From the NCBI GenBank assembly GCA_963422265.1, contig OY729416.1, positions 544,001 through 608,000 on the forward strand: a DNA stretch of 64,000 nucleotides, in the 5' to 3' direction. Source of the stretch: Thermodesulfobacteriota bacterium (GTDB lineage: Bacteria; Desulfobacterota_D; UBA1144; Nemesobacterales; UBA2774). A model generated the notes under the pieces. That model was not told the origin of the DNA and made no database searches. It was given only the letters and a program-made list of their open reading frames with translations. Of this stretch, positions 9,731 through 20,128 are shown piece after piece (position 1 is the stretch's first letter; each line of letters starts with the position of its first letter). The translations under genes and the position numbers were made by a program.

Positions 9731-9777
9731 TATTTGCTTTAATATATACCTTATAGTTAGTGATTACTACTATCAGA

Positions 9778-9806
9778 TTGACAAGTAAATATACTTGATA
9801 GAAAAT
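9778..9806 (+). promoter_or_regulatory. Putative sigma70 promoter for pdaD
   Basis: TTGACA-17 bp-GAAAAT upstream of the AAGGAG RBS. Confidence 0.45.
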
Positions 9807-9841
9807 GTTGCGAATTATTCACGCAGCCAAGGAGTAATTAG

Positions 9842-10396
9842 TTGATACCTAAGACCGCTTTTATTACCAAGGGGGTAGGAAAACATAAAGAAAAACTGAC
9901 CAGCTTTGAGATGGCGCTTCGCAATGCGAAAATAGCACAATTCAACCTAGTAAAAGTATCCAGCATTTTCCCCCCTGACTGCATTCTCACGTCGAGAAGC
10001 AGGGGACTAAAAAACCTTACCCCCGGACAGATTATTCACGTTGTTATGAGTGAAAACGCAACGAATGAACCCAACAGGCTTGTTGCAGCTTCAGCCGGAA
10101 TAGCAATACCCAAGGAGCCGGAAAGACACGGTTACATATCAGAGCATCACAGCTACGGACAGAACGATACAATTGCTGGAGAATATGCTGAGGACCTTGC
10201 CGCTTACATGTTGGCTACAACTATCGGGGTATCTTTTAACCCTGACAAAAGCTACGATGAACAAAAGGATATATGGGAGATCAGCGGCCACATAATAAAG
10301 ACGAGAAACGTTACTCAAACCGCAGTTGGAGATAAAAATGGTCTCTGGACAACAGTCATAGCAGCGGTTGTATTCTCGTCATATCGCATGGGCTAA
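9842..10396 (+). CDS. pdaD: Pyruvoyl-dependent arginine decarboxylase
   Basis: SFEMALRNAKIAQFNLVKVSSIFPP with the SS self-cleavage site; GYISEH. Confidence 0.92.
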   Translation: MIPKTAFITKGVGKHKEKLTSFEMALRNAKIAQFNLVKVSSIFPPDCILTSRSRGLKNLTPGQIIHVVMSENATNEPNRLVAASAGIAIPKEPERHGYISEHHSYGQNDTIAGEYAEDLAAYMLATTIGVSFNPDKSYDEQKDIWEISGHIIKTRNVTQTAVGDKNGLWTTVIAAVVFSSYRMG

Positions 10397-10484
10397 TATG
10401 TGAAATCTTGGCACTGATATGTATAATTGCCTAAATAAGTTCTTATTGACCCTCAGCTTTATTTAAGTTATATAGATAATCTTA

Positions 10485-11573
10485 ATGAGACCTACCTGGG
10501 CAGAGATAAGCCTCGACTCTCTTAAACACAACTTCATACAGGTTAAAAAGCTTGTTGGAGAAAATGTATCGATACTTTCAGTTGTAAAGGCAAACGCCTA
10601 CGGTCACGGCGCGCTTGAAGCAAGCAAGGCGTTCATAGAATCTGGAACCGATATGCTAGGGGTTGCCACGCTAGAGGAAGCGCTTGAGCTTAGAGACGGC
10701 GGTTTAGGAGCTCCGATAGCCGTTATGGGTGGCATTAGAGCGCATGAAGCTAAACTCATTGTAGAGCAAGGCTTGACGCCGTTTTTATTCTCAATTGATG
10801 CAGCCCGTTCGCTTAATGATGCGTCTAAAAAAGCTCAGAAGAAGACAGGGTATCACCTAAAGTTTGATACAGGCATGACTAGGTTAGGCATACAGTCCGA
10901 CGAGGCGCATAGATTTCTAGCAGAATTACGCACACTCAATAATATAAAAATGGATGGGACGCTTACTCATTTAGGATACGCTTTTACTGAGTTTGAGGAG
11001 AGAACGCAAACTCAAGTAGATACCTTCTTAAAGCTTGTGCACTTATTGCGGAAAAGTGGCTTCAGCCCATCCTACGTGCACTCAGCGAACAGCGCGTCTC
11101 TCCAAAAGTATCCTTATACGCACATGGATATTGTCCGTCCGGGGATAATGCTTTACGGTTACGGAAATCATACTGGCGTTGATCTTAAATTCGCTATGAA
11201 GCTAAAATCAAAAATCATACAATTAAATCGGGTTCCCACGGAAACCCCTGTGAGTTATGGAGGGGGATTTGTAACTAAAAGGTCATCCTTAATCGCAACA
11301 ATACCTATCGGCTATGCAGATGGTTATATGAGGAGCTTGTCTAACAGAGCAAGCGTATCTATCAGGGGCTCGCTTGCGCCCGTAGTTGGTCAAATATGTA
11401 TGGATTATATAATGATTGACGTTACTGACGTCCCTGAAGTGAGGGTAGATGATGAAGCTATCCTCTTTGGGGATGAGTTCTTATCAGCTAATGAATTGGC
11501 AAAATGGGCTGATACGATTTCCTATGAAGTGCTTTCTACAGTCGGAAAAAGAGTGCCACGCATATATATCTAG
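10485..11573 (+). CDS. alr: Alanine racemase
   Basis: VVKANAYGHG (PLP Lys), DTGMTRLG, IGYADG, GQICMD. Confidence 0.97.
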   Translation: MRPTWAEISLDSLKHNFIQVKKLVGENVSILSVVKANAYGHGALEASKAFIESGTDMLGVATLEEALELRDGGLGAPIAVMGGIRAHEAKLIVEQGLTPFLFSIDAARSLNDASKKAQKKTGYHLKFDTGMTRLGIQSDEAHRFLAELRTLNNIKMDGTLTHLGYAFTEFEERTQTQVDTFLKLVHLLRKSGFSPSYVHSANSASLQKYPYTHMDIVRPGIMLYGYGNHTGVDLKFAMKLKSKIIQLNRVPTETPVSYGGGFVTKRSSLIATIPIGYADGYMRSLSNRASVSIRGSLAPVVGQICMDYIMIDVTDVPEVRVDDEAILFGDEFLSANELAKWADTISYEVLSTVGKRVPRIYI

Positions 11574-11860
11574 AGAACTTCTCGATTGGCTTTGCTACTC
11601 CATACTTTTATTAGATTAATAGAATCCTATTAGCACCGTTAGCACATACTTATAAAAACTAGCAGTTGCACACAAACTTATTGACAATTTCCTAAATTCT
11701 GGCTTAATTACACTGCTTGGAAGGTATTCTGAAAAGCAACTTTGTTTTTTAACTGCTTTTATTAGCTTGAATCTTAGCGTAGAAATGTTTGGTATATTTC
11801 TACTCTGCGTATTATTAAAAAATGTAAGCTAGTGCAATCAAAAAACCAATAATAAGGAGA

Positions 11861-12781
11861 ATGAACGTGGGACTTAATAGAGATTTTATAGGTCGTGAGT
11901 TTGAGCCTCTTGTTCACGTTGTTAGCACTGAGGAAGTTATAGATTATGCTTGGGCGATTGGTGCGCGGAATTTAAGCTACTTTAACTATAACGGTGCATT
12001 TGCTTTTAATCACGAATCCGTAGTGGGCATGGCACCTCCGAGCTACGCCGTAACGTATGAGCTTCCTATGCTTGAGAAAATATGGTCGGATCCTCAACTT
12101 CACGGGGGGGAAGAAGAGGCGGAAAAGAACGTTCTTATGCTAGTTCATGGCGATCAACGGATGAAGTTTTATAGAGCTATAAGACCTGGAGATAAACTTA
12201 CGTATAGGATAAAAATTACAGATATACAGGATAAGGGGAGCGGTGAACTTCTTAATATTAACGTGCTAACTACTAATAAAGAAGGTGCTAGGGTTGTGGA
12301 GTCTGATTGGGGACTTTTTATAAGGGGCATTGGAAGTGGCAAGAAGCCTGAAAAAGTATCAGGAAACGGTAAATCGAAAGAGGTGAATGAAAAACCGCAT
12401 ATTGCATTCAGAAAAATAATCAGGGTTCCAGATGACATTACATACAGATATTCAAAAGCTTCAAACGACATGAACCCAATTCATATAGATAATGAGATAG
12501 CTAAAGAAGCGGGACTTAGGGGAATAATCGTCCATGGACTCTGCACAATGTCTATGACTATGAGGGCTATAATTGAAAGCTATCTCGATAGCGACCCGTC
12601 AGGTTTGAAGTCGCTCGGCGTGCGTTTTACAGCTCCCGTCTATCCAGGCGATGAAATTGTGGTAGATGGATGGGAGCTAGAGAAGCTAAATGGAAACACT
12701 ATGCTAGGGTTCGACGTCAGCAGAAAAAGCGATAAAGTTAAGGTCATTAAAAACGGAACGGCTGAGGTTATAATAAAATAA
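11861..12781 (+). CDS. Double hot-dog MaoC-family (R)-enoyl-CoA hydratase
   Basis: N-terminal VHGDQ hot-dog domain; C-terminal YSKASNDMNPIH...IVHGL hydratase-2 motif. Confidence 0.85.
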   Translation: MNVGLNRDFIGREFEPLVHVVSTEEVIDYAWAIGARNLSYFNYNGAFAFNHESVVGMAPPSYAVTYELPMLEKIWSDPQLHGGEEEAEKNVLMLVHGDQRMKFYRAIRPGDKLTYRIKITDIQDKGSGELLNINVLTTNKEGARVVESDWGLFIRGIGSGKKPEKVSGNGKSKEVNEKPHIAFRKIIRVPDDITYRYSKASNDMNPIHIDNEIAKEAGLRGIIVHGLCTMSMTMRAIIESYLDSDPSGLKSLGVRFTAPVYPGDEIVVDGWELEKLNGNTMLGFDVSRKSDKVKVIKNGTAEVIIK

Positions 12782-12851
12782 CAAGATTTTATCTGAATAG
12801 TAGCACGCTGATAAGAAAACAGGAAATATCTTTAATAGATATTCCTGTTTC

Positions 12852-14552
12852 TTACGTTTGCACTGTGTTTAACTCAAATGTAGTTTCCCCGTTATAATCT
12901 GCTGCTGGTGAACAGTTAAGGTTAAATATTGTTTCATCAATAATATCAAGGATATTGGGAAGAGTGTCCTTGTCACAAGCTGAAATAAGTGGAGTTTTAT
13001 ATATCCTGCTTAATCTTATACCAATATCCTTAGGGGTGTTATCCGCTTTGTTAAGAAGAATAATCCTCGGAACACTACTATGACCCTTTGACTCAAGAAT
13101 TTTTTCAACCGCCTCTATTTTTTCTTCAACCATTGGGTCGCTTGCATCTGAAACGTGAAGGAACAATGATGATGCTCCAAGCTCCTCAAGAGTGGCTCTA
13201 AAGGCGTTTACAAGCTCTTTCGGAAGATCATTTATAAATCCTACGGTGTCTGTAACTAGAATATTCCTTCCACTCGGAAGTTTAAGTTTCCTCGTAGTAG
13301 GAATGAGAGTCGAAAACAATTTGTTTTTTACTACTACGCCCGAATTGGTTAGCGTGTTGAATAAGGTTGATTTGCCTGCGTTAGTGTAGCCTATAAGGGT
13401 AACTGTCGGAATACCGGTGTCCCTTCTTCTCTTTCTGGTAAGCTCTCGTCTTCTGCTAAGACTCGTAATTTGTTTTTCAAGTTGCTCAATCTGTTTTTTT
13501 ATTTTTCTTCTCTCTTCCTCTAGTTTTTTCTCGCCCGGGCCCCTTGTGCCTATGCCACCCCCAAGCTGTGATAGATCAGCTCCCCGCCCAACAAGCCTAG
13601 GAAGATTGTAGCGGAGCTGCGCAAGCCTTACCTGTAGCTTTCCTTCACTCGTTGTGGCGTGTCTTGCGAATATCTCTAATATAAGCTGAGCCCTGTCCAT
13701 AACGTCCAAATCTGTCTCATCCACAATTGCTTTTACCTGCGCAGGAGAAAGCTCAACATCAAATATAATTTTTTCAGCCCCAACGTGCTTTGCACTTAAG
13801 ATCACTTCGTTTAACTTTCCTTTACCTATAAGGTATCTAGGATCAATATTTTTCCTTGTCTGAATAGTGGTGTGCAGCACGACTTTATTTGCTGATATTG
13901 CGAGCGATCTGAGCTCTTTTAATGACTCTTCGGCCTCGGACCGGAATCGGACCGAAAACCCAACTAATACTACTCCTTCCTTTTCGTGCTCTCCTCCGTG
14001 TTCATAATAGCTCCTTTCAAGCCTATGCTCTACCTCACGTATAAGCTCATCGCAATTGACGTCGATCCTGCCTAGATCTCTATATTTATTAATTTCCCAT
14101 TTTTTGCCCTCACTGTTCTTCGGGAGGATGTATGCTAAATGAAACTTGCCGGGCGTGCCGTTATCGCTTACTTCAAGTAACGCCATCATATCAAGCCTTT
14201 CGTTTAATAACGTAACAAGTTTATACTGGTTGAACCCAACACCATTTTTCGGATCTGCGTAGATAAGTCTAAACCCCCTGAGCCTATATTTAGATTCCCT
14301 CGAACGGCCCAGCAACTCGTCAAATGGGAGCTCGTGAGAATCTCCTAGAAAGACGATTCTTACTCTTCCTTTTCTGTCTATTAGTATGGAAACTTCCTTT
14401 TTAATCTGGTGAGAGATTCTTGATAAAGCTCGGGCGAACTCCAAAGTGATTATCTCTCTAACTGGGATTTTTCTTCTGTAAAGCTTTTCTAATCCACCGA
14501 TTTCATTTCTGGCTAAGCCTGAAGTTTTTCCGTATAATCTTGGTATACCCAA
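12852..14552 (-). CDS. hflX: GTPase HflX, long form with N-terminal extension
   Basis: GGGIGTRGPGE, GYTNAGKS, DTVGF, NKAD. Confidence 0.95.
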   Translation of the reverse strand: MGIPRLYGKTSGLARNEIGGLEKLYRRKIPVREIITLEFARALSRISHQIKKEVSILIDRKGRVRIVFLGDSHELPFDELLGRSRESKYRLRGFRLIYADPKNGVGFNQYKLVTLLNERLDMMALLEVSDNGTPGKFHLAYILPKNSEGKKWEINKYRDLGRIDVNCDELIREVEHRLERSYYEHGGEHEKEGVVLVGFSVRFRSEAEESLKELRSLAISANKVVLHTTIQTRKNIDPRYLIGKGKLNEVILSAKHVGAEKIIFDVELSPAQVKAIVDETDLDVMDRAQLILEIFARHATTSEGKLQVRLAQLRYNLPRLVGRGADLSQLGGGIGTRGPGEKKLEEERRKIKKQIEQLEKQITSLSRRRELTRKRRRDTGIPTVTLIGYTNAGKSTLFNTLTNSGVVVKNKLFSTLIPTTRKLKLPSGRNILVTDTVGFINDLPKELVNAFRATLEELGASSLFLHVSDASDPMVEEKIEAVEKILESKGHSSVPRIILLNKADNTPKDIGIRLSRIYKTPLISACDKDTLPNILDIIDETIFNLNCSPAADYNGETTFELNTVQT

Positions 14553-14581
14553 GCCTCCTTATAGATGCTTTAACATAATCT

Positions 14582-14609
14582 ATTGTAGCGATTTTAATAT
14601 ACGAGTCAA
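14582..14609 (-). promoter_or_regulatory. Putative sigma70 promoter for hflX
   Basis: TTGACT-16 bp-TACAAT on the minus strand, upstream of AGGAGG. Confidence 0.5.
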
Positions 14610-14742
14610 GGAGGTTAACATCAGCTTAACGTCACGAGCTTTATAGAGAATTCTAAACGTTCTGGCTTAGTTGTCTTATTAATGTCAAACCTGCGAGAGC
14701 ACTTGTTTTACTATATAGTAGTTAGGTATTTTAACTATTCTC

Positions 14743-15579
14743 ATGTTCTTCCCCAAGATTACACTTTTCCTTTTTATTACCGCGGCGTCGCTCATTCTTC
14801 TTGGTTCTTGCACGGTAAAGAAGGAGACGAGGATTGATTTAGAGACTGTTGACAAAGAGTCCGTAATTAAAAAGGTCAAACTGTTTCAGTCAAGCATAAA
14901 ATCCCTAAAGAGTCTCGCTAAAGTAAGGATCAAAACTCCTGACCACAAGATATCTTACTCACAGGTAACTATCGCGCAGGTCCCAGACTTGTTCCGTTTA
15001 GAAGCTCTTAACCCTTTTGGTAAGACCGTAGGATTTATCTCCTCAGACGGTTCAAATATCTACGTAATATCCAAGTCTGGGCAGAGAGTTTATGACGCCT
15101 CCCAAGGGTTTCATCTTTCATACCTTGACCCTAAGTTTAACCTTGAGATTACACCACAAGAACTCGTAAAACTGGTTTTAGGACGCCTGCCTTATAATGT
15201 CTTTAATAAAGATGGAAAACTCGAAATAAGCGTGGATGGCGAGTTCCTAAAGCTAGTTGTCAGGGACAATGAGCAGTTACGAGATAATACGTTATGGGTT
15301 GACCGTTATAGTAATCGTATAGAAAAAGCAGTAATCTTTCCCGACGGTAGAAGCAAGGTGGAAATAAAATACCGATACTTCAAAGGGCTCAAGGACGGTT
15401 ATTATTTCCCAAGGGTTATATATTTCAAGACAGAAGAGCTATCCATAGCGATTACTTATGACGAAGACGTGAAATTAAATGCGGTTGTTGATAATAGTCT
15501 TTTCAGACTGCCCCATATCTTAAATAATAAGACTCAAATGGGTTGTAGAAATTGTAACTCCCTAGTGTCTAGAAATTAA
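14743..15579 (+). CDS. Lipoprotein, LolB/DUF4292-like
   Basis: Lipobox LGSC; FRLEALNPFG segment and beta-rich body. Confidence 0.55.
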   Translation: MFFPKITLFLFITAASLILLGSCTVKKETRIDLETVDKESVIKKVKLFQSSIKSLKSLAKVRIKTPDHKISYSQVTIAQVPDLFRLEALNPFGKTVGFISSDGSNIYVISKSGQRVYDASQGFHLSYLDPKFNLEITPQELVKLVLGRLPYNVFNKDGKLEISVDGEFLKLVVRDNEQLRDNTLWVDRYSNRIEKAVIFPDGRSKVEIKYRYFKGLKDGYYFPRVIYFKTEELSIAITYDEDVKLNAVVDNSLFRLPHILNNKTQMGCRNCNSLVSRN

Positions 15580-15649
15580 CGCTTCTAATTATCTTCTTCT
15601 TTTAGATGAGGTTGGGTTTGTCTGTAGCTTATAAAGGAGAACCCGATAG

Positions 15650-15931
15650 GTGTTAGATACAGAGTTTAGTAAGGTATTCATTGTAAGAAACAAGCTTGGT
15701 CTCCACGCCCGCGCCTCCGCGGTTTTTGTAAGGTTGTCGAGCAAGTTCTCATCCGATATAACGCTTGTAAAAGACGGCTACGAAGTTGATGGCAAAAGTA
15801 TACTCGGAGTGTTATCTCTGGCGGCAATAAAGGGGAGCGAGATTAAAGTTTTTACGCGCGGTCAGGACGCTAAACAAGCGCTTGAAAAAATAGGCGAACT
15901 AATAGACGGGGGTTTCGGAGAAGAAGAATGA
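15650..15931 (+). CDS. ptsH: Phosphocarrier protein HPr
   Basis: GLHAR (His15) and DGKSILG (Ser46). Confidence 0.95.
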   Translation: MLDTEFSKVFIVRNKLGLHARASAVFVRLSSKFSSDITLVKDGYEVDGKSILGVLSLAAIKGSEIKVFTRGQDAKQALEKIGELIDGGFGEEE

Positions 15932-17685
15932 GGGTTGAAAGAATTGGCATACCCATATCCCCAGGCGTCGCGCTCGGCAAAGTAGTTCTACTAGACCGTT
16001 CTAAGACAATAGTAGAGGGTAGAACAGTTGCGGAGGAAGATATAGTCCACGAGAAAGAGCGCTTTTTAGCCGCCGTTCTCCAATCTAAACAAGAACTCGT
16101 CTCGCTAAAAGAGAAAATAGATTCAAACGACGCAGGAGATCACCTGCAAATCATCAACTTCAATATTATGATGCTCGAAGATGATCTGCTATCCGAGGAA
16201 GTAACTAGTCTTATTGAAAGCGAGAGATTCAATGCTGAATGGGCGATAAATACACTCCTATCTAAGAAAAGTGATGCCTTTAAGAATGTAGAAGATTTAT
16301 ATATGAAAGAGAGACTTGCAGACATCTATTATCTATCGGAGCGTATATTACGCAATCTCCGCGGCAAAAATAACGCTATTCCTTATCTAGCGGCGGATTC
16401 AATACTGATTGCTCACGATATTTCAGCCCTAGACGTAGTCGGCTACGTCAAATACCATGCTATAGGCATAGCCACGGACATAGGAGCGCTGACTTCTCAT
16501 AGTGGAATTGTAGCCAAATCACTTGGGATACCTACTGTTATGGGACTTGAAGATATTACTTTAAGGGCATCTCCGGGAGATTCAATATTTGTAGATGGCT
16601 TCAGAGGGATAGTGATTCTAAATCCTGAAAAAGAGGAATATGAGGAATTTAAGGTAAGAAAGAAAGATTATAAAACGCTTGAGAAAAAGCTAATAGAATA
16701 CGCTAGGCTTCCAGGTAGAACGGCGGACGGGGTTCAGGTAAGCGTTCAAGCAAACGTAGAAATTTTGGAAGAACTCGACCTAGTGTTGTCTTACGGAGCT
16801 GAAGGAATAGGGATGTATAGGACGGAGTTTTTGTTCACGAAATCCGTCTATTTCCCTGATGAAGACGAGCAGGTTGAAAACTATTCGCAAATAGTCGCCG
16901 CTATGAATTCAGCAACTGTCACCATACGCACTCTTGACATAGGAGGTGATAAGTTTCCAGATGGTTTGGAGCCTTCCAAAAAGTTAAATCCAGCACTCGG
17001 GTTAAGAGGTATAAGGTTTTCATTAAAGGATAAAGATACATTTAAGACTCAGATTAGGTCCATTCTCAGATCAGATGGGGGTCAAAAGATAAGAATACTT
17101 ATCCCAATGGTATCTAAGCTTTCTGAGATTATAGAGACTAAAATAATCATTATGGATACGGCGAGAGAGTTAGATACTAAGACTCCTTGGGAAATAGGCG
17201 TTATGATTGAGACCCCGTCCGCTGCGCTCATAGCCTCTGAAATATCGGAAGAAGTGGATTTCTTAAGCATAGGAACCAATGATCTCATACAATACACTCT
17301 TGCGGTTGATAGAATAAACGAGCACGTCTCGTATCTATACACGCCCTTTCACCCAGCTATACTGCGCTTGATATCAAGCGTTGTAAAGTCCGCCCACGAC
17401 AAAAATATTCCGGTAGGCGTTTGCGGCGAAATGGCAAGCCAACTCTCATGTATTCCTCTCCTTGTGGGCATGGGTGTGGATGAGCTTAGCGTGAATGCTC
17501 ATTCTATTCCCAAAGTTAAGAAACTCCTAAACGCTATTTCGCATAAAGAAGCTAAGAGAATACTTAGAAAGTCTCTATCTTTAAGAACTGAACTTGATAT
17601 CAGAGACTTTGTCAGACGCTCTATAGTGAAAAGATGGGGCGATAAACTGCCTCCCGAATTTATCGTGGAGATCAAATCAAATTAG
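15928..17685 (+). CDS. ptsI: PTS enzyme I
   Basis: TSH phospho-His, GMYRTEF, IRTLDIGGDK, SIGTNDLIQY, CGEMA. Confidence 0.95.
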   Translation: MRVERIGIPISPGVALGKVVLLDRSKTIVEGRTVAEEDIVHEKERFLAAVLQSKQELVSLKEKIDSNDAGDHLQIINFNIMMLEDDLLSEEVTSLIESERFNAEWAINTLLSKKSDAFKNVEDLYMKERLADIYYLSERILRNLRGKNNAIPYLAADSILIAHDISALDVVGYVKYHAIGIATDIGALTSHSGIVAKSLGIPTVMGLEDITLRASPGDSIFVDGFRGIVILNPEKEEYEEFKVRKKDYKTLEKKLIEYARLPGRTADGVQVSVQANVEILEELDLVLSYGAEGIGMYRTEFLFTKSVYFPDEDEQVENYSQIVAAMNSATVTIRTLDIGGDKFPDGLEPSKKLNPALGLRGIRFSLKDKDTFKTQIRSILRSDGGQKIRILIPMVSKLSEIIETKIIIMDTARELDTKTPWEIGVMIETPSAALIASEISEEVDFLSIGTNDLIQYTLAVDRINEHVSYLYTPFHPAILRLISSVVKSAHDKNIPVGVCGEMASQLSCIPLLVGMGVDELSVNAHSIPKVKKLLNAISHKEAKRILRKSLSLRTELDIRDFVRRSIVKRWGDKLPPEFIVEIKSN

Positions 17686-17704
17686 GAAAGGGAAGGAGTA
17701 GAAA

Positions 17705-18496
17705 ATGGCTATAAGCGTACTAATGATTTACGAACCCATTGATTCAACTAGGGATAAACAGAATTATTGGAAAAGCTACGTAAGTTTTTATGAAAAGTAT
17801 TGGGATGGTCCCGCAACGCCCCAATCAAGCTGGTTTGGACAGGAATATGAAAACTTTAGAAAATCGCTGTCTGAACAACTCGGCATCGATAAGAAAGAGA
17901 TACAAGACTGCTTTTTTATGAAGGATGAAGAAGAGAATTGCTACGTCACCCCTATAGCTGCTTCTCAGACAAACGTTAATATCTTTAGCTCAGCAAATTT
18001 CATACCCTTTGAATGGTTTCTAATGTATGAAGGGAATCAGAAGAAATACTTTTATACTCATACGGGGTTCGGGGCTATTCAACATGACGCTATCTACTAT
18101 AATGCAAGGATTGAGCAAGCTATAAGAAACCTCAAAGATTCTCTGGAACTTATAGAAAAGTCTCTTAAAAAATCAGATGGAGTTAGCACAAATAGTGTTC
18201 TAAAGCATACCTTTTCTAAGATCAGCGAAGGAATAGAAGTTCTTTTAGGTTGGCTTTCCGGATTTGATCTGAGGAGTTTTATACTGCTTAACTATGGTGA
18301 GATATGCGCTCATATCGAGCCAGAATCAATGAAAAACGAAGACTCCGTATCGGAGATAAAACAGGCACTTATGATGTCTGCGGAAGGAAACGCAGAATAT
18401 GCGCACAGGTCGCTTAAGATACTTATAAGTAAGTGGGAAGAGATAAAAATGGCTGCAACAAGTAACGCAACGAAAACGCCTTCAACGGTTCAATAG
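17705..18496 (+). CDS. Hypothetical protein, apparently co-transcribed with ptsHI
   Basis: 263-aa ORF with AAGGAG RBS; no recognised motif. Confidence 0.75.
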   Translation: MAISVLMIYEPIDSTRDKQNYWKSYVSFYEKYWDGPATPQSSWFGQEYENFRKSLSEQLGIDKKEIQDCFFMKDEEENCYVTPIAASQTNVNIFSSANFIPFEWFLMYEGNQKKYFYTHTGFGAIQHDAIYYNARIEQAIRNLKDSLELIEKSLKKSDGVSTNSVLKHTFSKISEGIEVLLGWLSGFDLRSFILLNYGEICAHIEPESMKNEDSVSEIKQALMMSAEGNAEYAHRSLKILISKWEEIKMAATSNATKTPSTVQ

Positions 18497-18521
18497 CGCG
18501 GATATCCATGGCTTTTCCGTC

Positions 18522-19526
18522 TTACAACCTAAAAAGACCCATGCGGGATATAATTTCATCTAAGTTCTTATGCGCTACTTCGTTCGCGTGTTTTGTGCCT
18601 TCACGAAGAATGTCACGAACGTCATCCGGTCTCTTTTCATATTCACTGCGCCTTTCTCTAATCGGGTCAAGTAGCTGGTTGATTGCTTTTGAGAGTTTCT
18701 TTTTAACCTCGACGTCGCCCACGTTTCCACTACGATAGCGCTCTTTTAGATTTTCTATCTCTTCTAAGTCAGTGTTGAAAGCATCGTGATATATAAAAAC
18801 TGGATTTCCCTCAACTGTTCCAGGTATATCAGCCCTTATACGCTTAGGATCGGTGTACATACTACGCACTCTTTTTTCAATTTCCTTGTAACTATCGGAA
18901 AGATATATGCAGTTATCAAGGCTCTTGCTCATTTTCCTGCTGCCGTCTGTCCCCACAAGCCTAGACGTTTTACTGATAACTGGATCAGGCTCCGTGAAGT
19001 AGTCTCCATAGAGAAAGTTAAATCTACGGGTAAGCTCGCGAGCAAGTTCTATATGGCTTAATTGATCTTCACCAACAGGGACCTTTGTAGCTTTGAACAT
19101 TAGTATGTCCGCCGCCATTAAAACGGGATAACCGAGCAAGCCAACCGAGTAATTTTCCCCTACCCCCATATCCTGTATTTTTTCCTTTAACGTCGGGATG
19201 CGCTCTGCCCTGGGCACGCTGCACAGCATAGCGAGCATGGAATAAAGTTCCGTTATGTAGGGAACGCGCGACTGTATATAAAATGTTGATTTTGTCGGAT
19301 CCATGCCCACGCTGAGCCAATCCATAACCATCTCAAGTGTATTCCGCTCTACTTCCTTAATTCTATCGTAATGGGTTGTAAGCATGTGAAGATCGGCGAT
19401 AAGGAAGTAGCAGTCATAGCTATCCTGAAATGCTATCCTGTTGTTAAGCGAGCCTACGAGGTGTCCGAGATGAAGCCTACCAGTGGGTCTGTCTCCAGTT
19501 ACTAGAACATGCTTGCCGTTAGTCAT
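18522..19526 (-). CDS. trpS: Tryptophan--tRNA ligase
   Basis: GDRPTGRLHLGH, VPVGEDQ, KMSKS. Confidence 0.97.
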   Translation of the reverse strand: MTNGKHVLVTGDRPTGRLHLGHLVGSLNNRIAFQDSYDCYFLIADLHMLTTHYDRIKEVERNTLEMVMDWLSVGMDPTKSTFYIQSRVPYITELYSMLAMLCSVPRAERIPTLKEKIQDMGVGENYSVGLLGYPVLMAADILMFKATKVPVGEDQLSHIELARELTRRFNFLYGDYFTEPDPVISKTSRLVGTDGSRKMSKSLDNCIYLSDSYKEIEKRVRSMYTDPKRIRADIPGTVEGNPVFIYHDAFNTDLEEIENLKERYRSGNVGDVEVKKKLSKAINQLLDPIRERRSEYEKRPDDVRDILREGTKHANEVAHKNLDEIISRMGLFRL

Positions 19527-19540
19527 TTTTATCGTAGAGC

Positions 19541-19942
19541 CTAAAATACTCCGTCTCCTGAGACGCCCTCGGAGGTTACGTTGTCTTCAAGCTCAAGTGC
19601 TTCAAGCAGCCTCTTTCGAAGCTCAAACGCTTCGTTAGCCCTGCTTGCGGGGAACTTATCCGCTGGATACGTCTCCACAGCCTCCTCGAGACCAAAGAGA
19701 CTGTGATCGGATGCTGCGAATACAACCCTTACAAAAGTTGGATCAACGTCAATCTCTAACTCATAAAAATCAAGATATACATGCACAGGTGGATTACACA
19801 TAACAGTCAAAGGGTTGCATAACACACCCTTTCCCCTGATTTGCGTGTGATCCGCAAAAGGCGTAGGCGCGTGCAGATACCATTCAACCTTGTTCTTGTG
19901 CTTTATAAACTCCTCCATAAAATCGTCAACCGTGTTAATCAT
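19541..19942 (-). CDS. Hypothetical protein
   Basis: Start moved to ATG 19942 behind AAGGGGGA; acidic, no recognised motif. Confidence 0.65.
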   Translation of the reverse strand: MINTVDDFMEEFIKHKNKVEWYLHAPTPFADHTQIRGKGVLCNPLTVMCNPPVHVYLDFYELEIDVDPTFVRVVFAASDHSLFGLEEAVETYPADKFPASRANEAFELRKRLLEALELEDNVTSEGVSGDGVF

Positions 19943-20050
19943 AAAACTTTCCCCTTTTATAAACTGAAGTGGCAAAAAACTAGATTTTGAAACGATCTCA
20001 GGTCAAGCCTGCTCTCAACTGCGATTGGGGATTAGGAGCGACTCCAGTTC

Positions 20051-20076
20051 GTCACCCTGAATTTGTTTCAGGGTCT
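20051..20076. repeat. REP-like palindrome GTCACCCTGAATTTGTTTCAGGGTCT
   Basis: 8-bp stem ACCCTGAA/TTCAGGGT with 5-nt loop and GTCA head; a degenerate related copy may lie at about 19982-20006. Confidence 0.45.
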
Positions 20077-20128
20077 ATTGTTTAGTAGGTTACCCTCACT
20101 GGTCTCGTATCTGCTTTAACTATCCTAT

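Noticed and set aside
11629-11646. TTAGCAC twice upstream of the MaoC gene as a CIRCE element
   Set aside because: Direct rather than inverted repeats; does not match TTAGCACTC-N9-GAGTGCTAA.
12852-14552. HflX N-terminal extension as a novelty
   Set aside because: Long-form HflX is already known in several bacterial lineages.
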